Below are positions 20,291 to 29,667 of a stretch of DNA of 64,000 bases, piece after piece. The notes under the pieces were generated by a model that was not told where the DNA came from, searched no databases, and saw only the letters and a program-made list of their open reading frames with translations. Positions within the stretch are counted from its first letter, which is position 1, and the number at the start of each line of letters is the position of its first letter. Both the position numbers and the translations under genes were made by a program. Origin of the DNA: Dehalococcoidia bacterium (GTDB lineage Bacteria; Chloroflexota; Dehalococcoidia; Plut-88900); assembly GCA_965249275.1 (NCBI GenBank), contig CBDFLQ010000005.1:224001-288000 (forward strand), read 5' to 3'.

Positions 20291-21598
20291 TTGGAAGAGA
20301 TTTTAAAGGCGGCCCTTAAGGTCGCAGACGCCGCTGACCTGTTCTGGGTGGAGAGCCGCTCCACCCCCGTAGCTTTCGAATCGAACCGTCTGAAGCATCT
20401 CCAGACCAAAGAGTCCCGGGGAGTGGGGCTGAGGATTATCAAGGACGGTCGCATCGGCTTCTCCGCCACCAACCGGATGGAGGACGTCGACGGCATAGTA
20501 GGCAGGGCCTTGGAGGTATCTCCCTATGGCGCCAGGGCTGAATTCAGCCTACCCACAACTGCCGAGCACCCCCAGGTTCCGACCTACGACCCCGAAGTTC
20601 CGCAGGTATCCATCGAGAAGATGGTCGAACTGTCTCAGGCCATGGTGGAGGGCGTCCTTGCCGACCATCCGGACGTGCTGTGTGACGCGGGCGTCTCGCA
20701 GTCTGTGGTCAAAGTGAGGATACTGAACAGCAAGGGGCTGGACGCTTCATACGAGAAGACGGTTTTCTCCCTGGGATTGGGAGGCACCCTCGTGCGGGGC
20801 ACTGACATGCTCTTCGTCGGAGACGGAGAGAGTTCATGCCGGCCCATAACTGACGCCTCGGAGATCGTGGCCCGCGTCACGGGCCAGCTGGACCAGGCTC
20901 ATGATATGGCCGAGGTCACCACGGGCAGCTTCCCAGTGGTATTCACCCCCGACGCAGTCGCCGGTCTGCTCCTATCTCCCCTCCTGGTTGGCTTCAACGG
21001 GAAGACCGTGCTGCAGGGCTCTTCCCCACTCGTGGGAAGGCTCGGCGAAAAGATTATCGATGAGCGTTTCTCCCTATATGACGACGGCACTATCGCCTAC
21101 CGCCCCGGGAGCCGTCCCTGGGACGATGAGGGGATACCCACCAGGATAACGCCCCTAATCGAGCATGGTGTAGCCCGAAACTTCATCTACGACCTCAAGA
21201 CGGCTGCCCAGGCGGGAGCAGAGTCCACGGGGAACGCTTCCCGCGGTGCGGGGTCACTTCCTTCCCCTTCCACGAGCGTTATTTCCATCGCCGAAGGCGA
21301 CATGTCCTTCGAAGACATGGTCGCAGACATGAAAGAGGGCCTCGTCGTCGAGCGGTTCCTGGGCGCTGGGCAGACCAACATATTGGCCGGCGATTTCAGT
21401 GGCAACGTCCTGCTGGGCTATAAAGTTGAAAACGGGCGCATGGTGGGCCGAGTTAAGAACAGTATGCTCTCCGGCAACGTATACGAAACGCTCAACAACC
21501 TGATAGCTATCGGCAGCGAGGCGAGGTGGCGGGGTGGCTCACTCCGGACACCACACCTCTATTGCAGTAACGTATCGGTGGCCAAGACGGAAGGGTAG
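20291..21598 (+). CDS. pmbA: PmbA/TldE protein
   Basis: adjacent to tldD; DDEG, GNA, GDFS; lacks HExxH. Confidence 0.88.
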   Translation: MEEILKAALKVADAADLFWVESRSTPVAFESNRLKHLQTKESRGVGLRIIKDGRIGFSATNRMEDVDGIVGRALEVSPYGARAEFSLPTTAEHPQVPTYDPEVPQVSIEKMVELSQAMVEGVLADHPDVLCDAGVSQSVVKVRILNSKGLDASYEKTVFSLGLGGTLVRGTDMLFVGDGESSCRPITDASEIVARVTGQLDQAHDMAEVTTGSFPVVFTPDAVAGLLLSPLLVGFNGKTVLQGSSPLVGRLGEKIIDERFSLYDDGTIAYRPGSRPWDDEGIPTRITPLIEHGVARNFIYDLKTAAQAGAESTGNASRGAGSLPSPSTSVISIAEGDMSFEDMVADMKEGLVVERFLGAGQTNILAGDFSGNVLLGYKVENGRMVGRVKNSMLSGNVYETLNNLIAIGSEARWRGGSLRTPHLYCSNVSVAKTEG

Positions 21599-21695
21599 AC
21601 GCAAGAAACGAATCAATACAGTTCTGCAAATAATTGACCACAATATGCGGCATACCTAAAATCTAGTCAGGAGTAGACCTACGAGCAACGAATCC

Positions 21696-22121
21696 ATGAA
21701 GATCGCCTACCCGGTTTCCGCCGGGGGTGTCGTCTATCGGCAGAACGGGGATGGGGTTCAGATCGCACTATGTGGGCATGTCCGCCCCACCAGTTGGCGA
21801 TTGCCCAAGGGTACCCCGGACCCCGGTGAGACCCGGGAAGAGACGGCCCTGCGGGAGACGCGGGAAGAGACCGGCCTTGAAGTTGCAATAGAAGAACAGC
21901 TGGGGAGCGTAACCTACTGGTTCGTGGCCTCCGGTGTTCGAAATCACAAGACCGTCCATTTCTATCTGATGCGGGCCACAGGAGGGTCGACGGACCTGCA
22001 CGATCCCGAGTTTGACGTCGTAAGGTGGTTCGACTCAGATGAAGCACAGAAGGCGTTGACTTACAAGAACGAAGAGAAAGTAGTGGCCGAGGCGCTCGGC
22101 AAGATCAGGGACCGGCAGTGA
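21696..22121 (+). CDS. NUDIX hydrolase
   Basis: LPKG..PGET..TALRETREETG Nudix box. Confidence 0.92.
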   Translation: MKIAYPVSAGGVVYRQNGDGVQIALCGHVRPTSWRLPKGTPDPGETREETALRETREETGLEVAIEEQLGSVTYWFVASGVRNHKTVHFYLMRATGGSTDLHDPEFDVVRWFDSDEAQKALTYKNEEKVVAEALGKIRDRQ

Positions 22122-22699
22122 TATTACGCGGCGACAAGGTGGTGCTTAGGGAGAAGAGGCTGGAAGACGCCTACCAAGACTACCTCTGGCGCACCGATGA
22201 TGAGCTGGCCCGCCTGGACGCCACGCTGCCTTTACAGACTCGCTTCACCAGCTACAGGGCTTTCTACACCGACGAGTTGCAGTTTCCACAGCCCTTCAAG
22301 TACAAGTTCGCAATCGACAGCCTGAAGGGCAGACATATAGGCAACTGCATGTACTATGACCTTGATCCTGACAGGGCCCAGGCCGAGGTGGGCATCATGA
22401 TCGGGGACAAGGACTATTGGGGGCATGGCTACGGCGCCGACGCCGTTCGCATACTGGTCAAGTACCTGTTCAACGTGGAGGGCTTGAGGACCGTATATCT
22501 TCACACGCTGGAATGGAACGTGAGAGCGCAGCGCTCCTTCGAAAAGTGCGGGTTCATGGCCCGGGACAAGGTTAGGAGAGACGGCAAGACCTTCATCTTC
22601 ATGGAGCTATCCAGGGCCAGGTGGGAGAGGCTCCCGATTTTGATTAACGGGCAGGCTGAGGCTGAGCCGTACTCAGTGGTCCGGGAACCTCATTCCTGA
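22118..22699 (+). CDS. GNAT acetyltransferase (RimJ/RimL-like)
   Basis: YWGHGYG, NVRAQRSFEKCGF. Confidence 0.9.
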   Translation: MILRGDKVVLREKRLEDAYQDYLWRTDDELARLDATLPLQTRFTSYRAFYTDELQFPQPFKYKFAIDSLKGRHIGNCMYYDLDPDRAQAEVGIMIGDKDYWGHGYGADAVRILVKYLFNVEGLRTVYLHTLEWNVRAQRSFEKCGFMARDKVRRDGKTFIFMELSRARWERLPILINGQAEAEPYSVVREPHS

Positions 22700-22725
22700 T
22701 TTAGCCCAAAAACAGGTTAAAAAAC

Positions 22726-22759
22726 GAGGGGCCGCCGGTTATCTAACCGGCGGCCCCTT
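22726..22759. terminator. bidirectional intrinsic terminator
   Basis: AGGGGCCGCCGGTTA-TC-TAACCGGCGGCCCCT flanked by A/T tracts between convergent genes. Confidence 0.75.
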
Positions 22760-22791
22760 AGTTTTCATTCGGGGCTTTATGGATACGAAGC

Positions 22792-23715
22792 CTACTTCCT
22801 GGGAGGCTGGGGTGGGCCGGGGTTAACCAGGTCCTCACCGATGGCTACCGGGAACTCACGAGCGATCTCGTCGAAAGTCCAGCGGCCCGACTGCTTGTAC
22901 AGGTCTTTCACCTCGTCGGGGTGGCTCATCAGGCCAACGAATCCACCAGCAACGTGGAGGATTTCGCCATTGAAGTTCTGGGCCTGGTCGGTGCAGAGGA
23001 AGGCCACTGCTGGAGCTACGCCCTCGGGCGGGTCCAGCCTCTCGTCTTCGGCACCGCCCTGACCTGCTGCGGCGCGGATCTCTCGAGCTTTTCTGACCTC
23101 TTCGGTCAGCGTCATTCGGGTGGCGGCTGAGGGAGAGATTCCGTTGCAGGTGACGCCGTACTTGCCCAGGTCCTGGGATACGCAGCGCACTATACCGGCA
23201 ATTCCATCCTTGGCCGCGCCGTAGTTGGCCTGCCCGGAGTTACCGAACAGCCCCGACGTGGAGCTGAAGCAGACTATGCGTCCGCCTCTCTGCTGTCTCA
23301 TCAAAATGGATGCGTGCTTTATGCACGTAAAGGTCCCCTTCAGGTGGACGGCTATAACGTCGTCCCATTCCTGCTCTGTCATGTTGAAAACCATCCGGTC
23401 CCTGAGGATTCCAGCCACGCAGACCAGGATGTCGACCTTGCCGAAGTTGTCGACGCAGGTCTGGATGATGCTCTCGCCGCCTTCCATGGTGGCGACGGAA
23501 TCGTAGCAGGCGACGGCCTCGCCACCGTTCTTCTTAATCTCAGCGACGACCTCGTCTGCAGGGCTCTGGGAGGCCCCAGACCCGTCAACCTCGCCGCCAA
23601 GGTCATTCACTACTACCTTGGCGCCTTCTGCGGCCAGAAGCAGCGCAATGCCACGGCCAATACCGCGGCCCGAGCCGGTTACGACGGCCGCTTTCCCTTT
23701 AAGTGTGTCTGTCAT
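22792..23715 (-). CDS. SDR oxidoreductase (3-hydroxyacyl-CoA dehydrogenase/MFE-like)
   Basis: TGSGRGIG, VNDLG, AGILRD, NYGAAK. Confidence 0.9.
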   Translation of the reverse strand: MTDTLKGKAAVVTGSGRGIGRGIALLLAAEGAKVVVNDLGGEVDGSGASQSPADEVVAEIKKNGGEAVACYDSVATMEGGESIIQTCVDNFGKVDILVCVAGILRDRMVFNMTEQEWDDVIAVHLKGTFTCIKHASILMRQQRGGRIVCFSSTSGLFGNSGQANYGAAKDGIAGIVRCVSQDLGKYGVTCNGISPSAATRMTLTEEVRKAREIRAAAGQGGAEDERLDPPEGVAPAVAFLCTDQAQNFNGEILHVAGGFVGLMSHPDEVKDLYKQSGRWTFDEIAREFPVAIGEDLVNPGPPQPPRK

Positions 23716-23752
23716 TCCGTTCTCCCTGATGTTCTAGAATTTAGCGTCCGTC

Positions 23753-24667
23753 CTACGAGGCTTTCCCTACGTACTGGTTCTTCACCTTCTTACCGAAGGA
23801 ATTGGGGATAGCCTCCAGAAGCTCGTCGACGCTCCAGAGTCCATCCTTGGAAATTGCTCCGATGATTCTCGGCTGGGAGACCAGGGAGATCAGCCTGCCC
23901 CTGACGGAGAAGGTCTGACCGTTGACGTTGGCCGCCTTGTCGCTGGCGAGGTAGCAGAGGAAGGGAGCTATGTCCTCGGGATCCTGGGGCTCGTCGGAGA
24001 ACTCTTCGGGGAGGCCTGCGGCCTGGCGGATTTCCCGGGCTTTACGCACTTCTTCGGTCAGAGTCATGCGGGTGTCGGCGGACGGGAGTATGGAGTTGGC
24101 AGTCACGCCGTACTTGCCCAAGTCCCGGGCCACGACCTTGGTCAGACCGGCGATGCCGGACTTGGCCGCACCGTAGTTGGTCTGGCCGGTAGTGCCCATA
24201 ACACCACTGCTGGACGAGAAGGTGATGATCCTTCCGCCGCGTTGCTGCCTCATCAGAATCGATGCGTGCTTCACGCACGTGAAGGTACCCTTCAGGTGAA
24301 CGGCTATGACGTCGTCCCATTCCTGTTCGGTCATGTTAAAGACCATACGATCTCTAAGGATTCCGGCGACGGTAACCAGAATGTCGATCTTTCCGAAGTT
24401 GTCGACGCAACTCTGGATGATGTGCTCGCCGCCTTCCATCGTGGCAACGGTGTCGTAGCAAGCGATGGCGTTGCCGCCTGCTGCCTTTATCTCATTGACG
24501 ACTTCATCGGCAGGGCCTTGGTCTCCGCCGGAGCCGTCAAGGGCTGCGCCGAGGTCCGCGACCACTACGCTAGCGCCGTGGGCTGCCAACGCTTTGGCTA
24601 CACCGCGGCCGATACCCCTTCCACCACCAGTCACCACCGCTGCTTTTCCTTCTAAAGGTTGGGCCAT
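23753..24667 (-). CDS. SDR oxidoreductase, close paralog of the adjacent gene
   Basis: TGGGRGIG, AGILRD, NYGAAK. Confidence 0.9.
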   Translation of the reverse strand: MAQPLEGKAAVVTGGGRGIGRGVAKALAAHGASVVVADLGAALDGSGGDQGPADEVVNEIKAAGGNAIACYDTVATMEGGEHIIQSCVDNFGKIDILVTVAGILRDRMVFNMTEQEWDDVIAVHLKGTFTCVKHASILMRQQRGGRIITFSSSSGVMGTTGQTNYGAAKSGIAGLTKVVARDLGKYGVTANSILPSADTRMTLTEEVRKAREIRQAAGLPEEFSDEPQDPEDIAPFLCYLASDKAANVNGQTFSVRGRLISLVSQPRIIGAISKDGLWSVDELLEAIPNSFGKKVKNQYVGKAS

Positions 24668-24775
24668 ATTTTCCTCCTGCTCCCCATTCAGGGGCGGCCT
24701 GACGGCCGGTTTGGATCTATCTCTACTTATTTAATCCGATTCATAATTCGGGGTCGGGTATAAACCCGGTGCGCT

Positions 24776-25204
24776 CTAGCCTTTGGAAGGAAGAGCCACG
24801 GTGGCCTTGCCGGGGGTGGTGGCTTTGCCTTCGTTGTTCTCACCCCAGATCTCGCACTCTACAAGATTCTCGCCGCCTTCGACTGACTTACCGACGACCT
24901 TCCCCTTGATGTACATGGGTACGCCGGGGACGTCCATGCCTCGGTACTGGCAGCTGAGCTTCTTGAGCACGCCTTCATCGCCGATCCAGTCGGTTACGAC
25001 CTGGCCGAGCCATGCGTTCTTGAGAGCTCCGTGGATGATGGGGCCCGGGAGTTCGTTGCCGATTGCGTAGTCCTTGTCGTAGTGGATCTCGTAGAAGTCG
25101 CCCGATGCGCCGGCGTACTGGACCAGCTGCCGGGGGGTGGGGTTCTTCTCAAGGGTGGGGATTTCCATACCCTCGGTCACATCTTCAAAATAAACCTGTC
25201 CCAT
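24776..25204 (-). CDS. MaoC-family (HadB-like) dehydratase
   Basis: YAGASGDFYEIHYD..IIHG hydratase-2 motif. Confidence 0.88.
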   Translation of the reverse strand: MGQVYFEDVTEGMEIPTLEKNPTPRQLVQYAGASGDFYEIHYDKDYAIGNELPGPIIHGALKNAWLGQVVTDWIGDEGVLKKLSCQYRGMDVPGVPMYIKGKVVGKSVEGGENLVECEIWGENNEGKATTPGKATVALPSKG

Positions 25205-25253
25205 GCTCTTTCCTCCTGGTGTTCAGCCTTGCCCTAGATAGGTCTTCGATATT

Positions 25254-25670
25254 CTAGTAGTAGATGCCCGTGTCACGGCGGGTAGCGACCATCTCCCCAT
25301 CTTGGTTGGTGAAGGATATTTCCTTGACCTGGAAGGTCATCGTGCCCAGGCGGCCCTCTTTTTTGAAGACATTTGCAACCTTCGAAACTACGGTGATCTG
25401 GTCGCCGGGCTTGATAGCCTTGAAGTATTCGTACTCACTGCCACCGTCGAGCACCCGCTCATCGGGGTTACGGGGCTGGCTCTCGTCCTCATCACTGGGA
25501 ATGAAGGCCCGGTTGAATGTAGGGGGGACGGAGACGCCCTGCCAGAGGTGGTTATCGTCACCAATAGCCTCGGCAAACCGTTTAATGTGACCCTTCTCGA
25601 CGTCGTAGGTAACTGGGGAAGTCGCCTTGCCCAAATCCTTGATCATACGCTCGTAAATGGCATCGCTCAT
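25254..25670 (-). CDS. MaoC N-terminal-type hotdog protein (HadA/C-like)
   Basis: VEKGHIKRFAEAIGD, PPTF, LDGGSEYEY. Confidence 0.85.
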   Translation of the reverse strand: MSDAIYERMIKDLGKATSPVTYDVEKGHIKRFAEAIGDDNHLWQGVSVPPTFNRAFIPSDEDESQPRNPDERVLDGGSEYEYFKAIKPGDQITVVSKVANVFKKEGRLGTMTFQVKEISFTNQDGEMVATRRDTGIYY

Positions 25671-25692
25671 TTTGGCAACCTCTCGAAAATGG

Positions 25693-26115
25693 CTAGTAAC
25701 TAATGTTTACGGTCTTCTCGGTAGCGACCAGCTCACCGCGCTGGTTGACGAAGGAATTCTGCCGAGTCTCTATCAGCATGGCCCCCAGCCTGCCATGCTT
25801 CTCGCTAAAATCGATAATCTGCTGGGTGACGGTGATGGTATCTCCGGGGCGGACAGGGACGGAATATTCCCACTCGCTGCCACCGTCCAAGCCTCGGGAG
25901 AAGGGCATTTCGAGCTCTTCCAGCTCGTTGGGGATGCACATACGGAGGAAGGTGGGTGGGGTCACCATATCCTCGCCGATCCATCTGGGGTTTGAGTCCC
26001 CAATGGCCTCCACGAACCGTTTCAAGTGCCCCTTCTCCACGTCATAGTGGGCAGGGGCGGAAGAGACGCCTACGGCGTTCTTCATCGCCTCAGAGATCAA
26101 GGGTTTATCTGTCAC
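25693..26115 (-). CDS. MaoC N-terminal-type hotdog protein (HadA/C-like)
   Basis: VEKGHLKRFVEAIGD, PPTF, LDGGSEWEY. Confidence 0.85.
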   Translation of the reverse strand: MTDKPLISEAMKNAVGVSSAPAHYDVEKGHLKRFVEAIGDSNPRWIGEDMVTPPTFLRMCIPNELEELEMPFSRGLDGGSEWEYSVPVRPGDTITVTQQIIDFSEKHGRLGAMLIETRQNSFVNQRGELVATEKTVNISY

Positions 26116-26282
26116 GTACTCCCCTAAGTGGGCCGAGAATCTTATACACTCAAGGCCGCCGGCGCGTCCCTCCGTTGCTTAGAATCCTCCAACGGTACAT
26201 TGTAGGGCGCAAACCGGCGCGAAGTGTACATTACCGGTATTTTAGTGTCAAGATTTGGGGTAGTGGGCGGGTGGGGACACCG

Positions 26283-26313
26283 CCCCAGATTCCTCGCAGG
26301 GCATCGGAATGAC
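26283..26313. repeat. REP-like palindrome family 1
   Basis: CCCCAGATTCCTCGC..GGC.TCGGAATGAC; also at 39372, 48130, 48336, 57683, 58487. Confidence 0.8.
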
Positions 26314-26330
26314 AGGGGGAGGGGGTGGGT

Positions 26331-27040
26331 TATTCAGTTGTGTGGTTTCGGGTTCCGTTCTATTTGTTGGGGTGGTTGGCGATGGAAGACGCTGGCTGGA
26401 CGCTGCCCCCGTTCCTGTGCTTCGGGTGCTCCGACGCCCTGGAGCAAGGCCGCCGGCCCGCTTTTGCCGCTGCTGCGGCCTGTGGCCCTGTATACGCTGG
26501 ACGTGGGCAGGGACCATCAGGGCCACCAAGTCCGAGCCCGACTCCGGGGGGTTGGCTGCACCGCTATAGGGCGGCAAGGAGGCCCGTCCAGCGTCCGATG
26601 CCGGGCCTCTTGCAGGCGTAATGTGTCCAAGTTTGCCGGTGCGACCCGGAGCGCGTAGACCACCGGCTCCCGGCTTGATTAAGCGGACGGTGTACCGAGA
26701 GGGCCTCGGCGCCGGGCCTATCCGACCGCTATTCCGCTTGAAGGAGCGGCATCTCCGTTAGGAGCCTCACATGGAACGATAGCGAACCAGGGCGTCTTTC
26801 CATCGCCTGGGGGGTAGGGAAGGGTGCACGGGACCCGTGGGGATGAGGAGATGGCGGCGTTTGCTTGAGCCGAGGCCGGGCAATGCCGACCTACGGGATG
26901 GGCTTGGACGTTGAGTCCTCGGGTGGGTCGGGTGGGCTTCCCTGGGTTTTTGGTTCCTCCTTGAGATAGTTAGGTTGGTGTTCGAACGGTGGGGATAATA
27001 GCACGGATGTTCATAACGGGTCAAGGGGTTGATGTCACAC
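26331..27040 (-). ncRNA. dispersed cassette copy B
   Basis: TTGACC(27019-24)-GAACATCCGTGC-TATTAT(26995-27000); leader; stem 26378-26392/26792-26807. Confidence 0.6.
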
Positions 27041-27121
27041 TTTGAGGGGTGGGGAATGTAGAATACTGGGAGTAAGCGCGCGGCCGGTCTGGTGGCGTGC
27101 CGCCAGACCGAAGGAGATAAA

Positions 27122-27793
27122 TTGAAAGAAAGATTCAGCGATCATTTAAGGAGTCTAGGCAGCTCGATCTGGGAGGCCCAGCATAACCATCCATTTGTCA
27201 CGGGGGTCGGGGACGGGACCCTGGAGATTGAAAGGTTGAAGTTCTGGGTGCGGCAGGACTACTTGTACCTGATCGACTATGCCAGAGTCTATAACCTGGC
27301 CGCGTCCAAGGCCCCGGACCCCGAGCTTTCCGGCTGGCTCACCTTCCACGCCGACTTCACTCTAAACAAAGAGATGGCCCTGCATCGCTCCTACGCCCGT
27401 GACTTCGGAATAGGGGAGGAGGAGCTGGTGGCCGAGCAGAAGTCTCCAACATGCCAGGCATACACGGACTTCCTGATGCGTACGGCCGCCGTCGAACCCT
27501 TCGAGGCGATCATTGCTGCTCTTCTCCCCTGTTTCTGGGGCTACTACGAGATGGGCAAGTCCCTGGAAGAGCGTGGGTCTCCTGACAACGAGCTATATGT
27601 GAGGTGGATAGAGCAGTACACGGACCCAGGATACGGTGAGGAGGTGCGGAAATGCCGGGAGTTGACGGACCGGCTGGGCAAGGAAGCGTCCGCATCAACG
27701 GTAGCCCTGATGGAAGAGGCATTCGTGACCAGCAGCCGGTACGAATACCTATTCTGGGAGATGTGCTACAGTATGGAAAGATGGCCGGTGTAA
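27122..27793 (+). CDS. tenA: thiaminase II / TenA (Cys type)
   Basis: HPFV, QDYLYL, EMALH, LLPCFWGY, EYLFW; TTG start after GGAG. Confidence 0.9.
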   Translation: MKERFSDHLRSLGSSIWEAQHNHPFVTGVGDGTLEIERLKFWVRQDYLYLIDYARVYNLAASKAPDPELSGWLTFHADFTLNKEMALHRSYARDFGIGEEELVAEQKSPTCQAYTDFLMRTAAVEPFEAIIAALLPCFWGYYEMGKSLEERGSPDNELYVRWIEQYTDPGYGEEVRKCRELTDRLGKEASASTVALMEEAFVTSSRYEYLFWEMCYSMERWPV

Positions 27794-27794
27794 A

Positions 27795-29594
27795 TTACAG
27801 GCCATCGGCCGTGGGCAGGGTCCGGACGATGGGTGTGTACCAGTAGGTCTGCCGCATCCGCACCATGTCCTTGACCCTGCCGGAGGTCGTAGGTCTATCT
27901 ACGCCGGGGCTCTGAAGCGTCGACACGGTGAGCGTTACCACCTCCGGGCGGTCCTCCGAGGCTACAGCCTCTCGGCGGAGCCCACCGTCGCCTTGCTTGT
28001 CGAACACACCGCTCCGACCTATGTAATCGCCTCCGCACCGGTTGGCGAAAGCGACGAAGGCATTGTTCTCCTCGCTGCGGGAGCGGAGCAGGTGCCAATG
28101 CACATCATTGGCTTCCCTGAGGATGGGCTCTTCAAATGGAACATCAGTGGACCCCAGGCTCGTTACCCGGGGATATTTGAGGGCCGCAGGCACGCATATC
28201 AAATCGGCGCCCTTGACGCCGAAGGCCCTCGCCGCCTCTGGGAACATGGCGTCGTGCCCCACCATCAACCCAACCCGACCAGCAGGGACATCGAACACGG
28301 GGAACCCGCCGTCTCCAGGCGAGGCCCATGCTCGGTCATCCATCGACAGGTGCACCTTACGGTAGTTTCCAACCAGTCCTTCCGGGCCGACCAGCAAGGC
28401 CGTGTTGTACATGCGCCCCGAGTCCCGCTCGACGACGCTGGTTACCACAAAGGCGTCGTTGTCTCGGGCCAATGCGGTCAGCAGCTTCACCGAATCACTA
28501 TCACGTAGAACTTCTGCCAGGGTGCGGGCCTGGGACTCAGTGGTTACAGGGCCGGATAGAGCGAGTTCAGGCAACACCAGGACTTCGAAGGGCGTGTCCA
28601 GGCCGTCAATCATTTGCCGGAGTGCTGCGAGGGTCTCCTTCCGAGTTCCCAGACTCCCTTCCATCTGGCAGACGGCGATAGTGGACTCCTTCCCTGCCGG
28701 AAGTCCATCCTGCCCGTAGAGGCTGAAATATTCGTCGGGGTTGAATAGGTAGGTGTTGAGGACCGAGTCGGAGTAGTGAGTCGGGCGCCGTTCGAGCAGC
28801 TTGTCTCCGGTCTCGTTGGCAGCGAACTTCTTGTCCCGGGCCTTGGCAATATCGATGTATCCATAAACGATTCCGTTCCCCGTGTCCCGGTAGGACTGTA
28901 TGGCTCCGTCGGGGTCGATGACGGCGCTGCCCCCGGAGAACTCCACCGTGCGTTCGTTGCCCCAGCGGTCGGCGGCCACGAGGTAGACTCCGTTTTCAAA
29001 GGCGCGGGTTATCCAGGCCGGGGCGGGCGCCTTTTCGAGAAGCCAGTTGGTGGGAAAGCAGATCACGTCGGCGCCGCGCAAGGCGAGAACTCGCGCCGTT
29101 TCCGGGAAGGATGCATCCATGCAGATGAGACCGCCCAGGTTTCCGAGCTCCGTCCGAAATACAGGTAAATCCAGGTCCCCGTCCTTGGCCCAGGTGTTTT
29201 CGGAGATGAAGGAGTGGGTCTTGCGGTACTTTCCGACCACACCCTCCGGCCCGACCAACGCCAGCGAGTTGTAGTAGATGTCCGTCTCGGGGTCGACTTC
29301 CGGCATGCCTACTACGATGTAGCAGCCGTACCGAGCCGCCAGTTCCCCGAACCTCGCCGTCGTGGGGCCGGGAATGGGCTCGACGTAGGGGGCGATCTCA
29401 GCGCGGTCGAAGAAGCAATAAGCGGTTGTGGCCATTTCGACGAGTACGATGAGCTTGGCGTCGTTCTTCGCTGCCTCTTCCACCATCTCCAATTGCTCCA
29501 GCAGATTTCTCTCCTTTTCGAATAGGGTGGGGGCGTACTGGATGGCGGCGGCTTTGTAGACCGGGGTCTGGGGGAGGGGCTGATTATTGGGCAT
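27795..29594 (-). CDS. two-domain carbon-nitrogen hydrolase (nitrilase superfamily)
   Basis: domain 1 E/K/C triad (VEM, YRKTH, ICMD); domain 2 has PEL, YRKVH but VGHD. Confidence 0.88.
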   Translation of the reverse strand: MPNNQPLPQTPVYKAAAIQYAPTLFEKERNLLEQLEMVEEAAKNDAKLIVLVEMATTAYCFFDRAEIAPYVEPIPGPTTARFGELAARYGCYIVVGMPEVDPETDIYYNSLALVGPEGVVGKYRKTHSFISENTWAKDGDLDLPVFRTELGNLGGLICMDASFPETARVLALRGADVICFPTNWLLEKAPAPAWITRAFENGVYLVAADRWGNERTVEFSGGSAVIDPDGAIQSYRDTGNGIVYGYIDIAKARDKKFAANETGDKLLERRPTHYSDSVLNTYLFNPDEYFSLYGQDGLPAGKESTIAVCQMEGSLGTRKETLAALRQMIDGLDTPFEVLVLPELALSGPVTTESQARTLAEVLRDSDSVKLLTALARDNDAFVVTSVVERDSGRMYNTALLVGPEGLVGNYRKVHLSMDDRAWASPGDGGFPVFDVPAGRVGLMVGHDAMFPEAARAFGVKGADLICVPAALKYPRVTSLGSTDVPFEEPILREANDVHWHLLRSRSEENNAFVAFANRCGGDYIGRSGVFDKQGDGGLRREAVASEDRPEVVTLTVSTLQSPGVDRPTTSGRVKDMVRMRQTYWYTPIVRTLPTADGL

Positions 29595-29667
29595 TGGGAT
29601 GCTCCTGGCGGTTAGGGGATCGATGAGAGGCGATGTACGCGATTATTGTATCCGAGAATGCTACAGG

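Noticed and set aside
27041-27121. TPP riboswitch before tenA
   Set aside because: No CTGAGA/ACCTG core motifs and too little space
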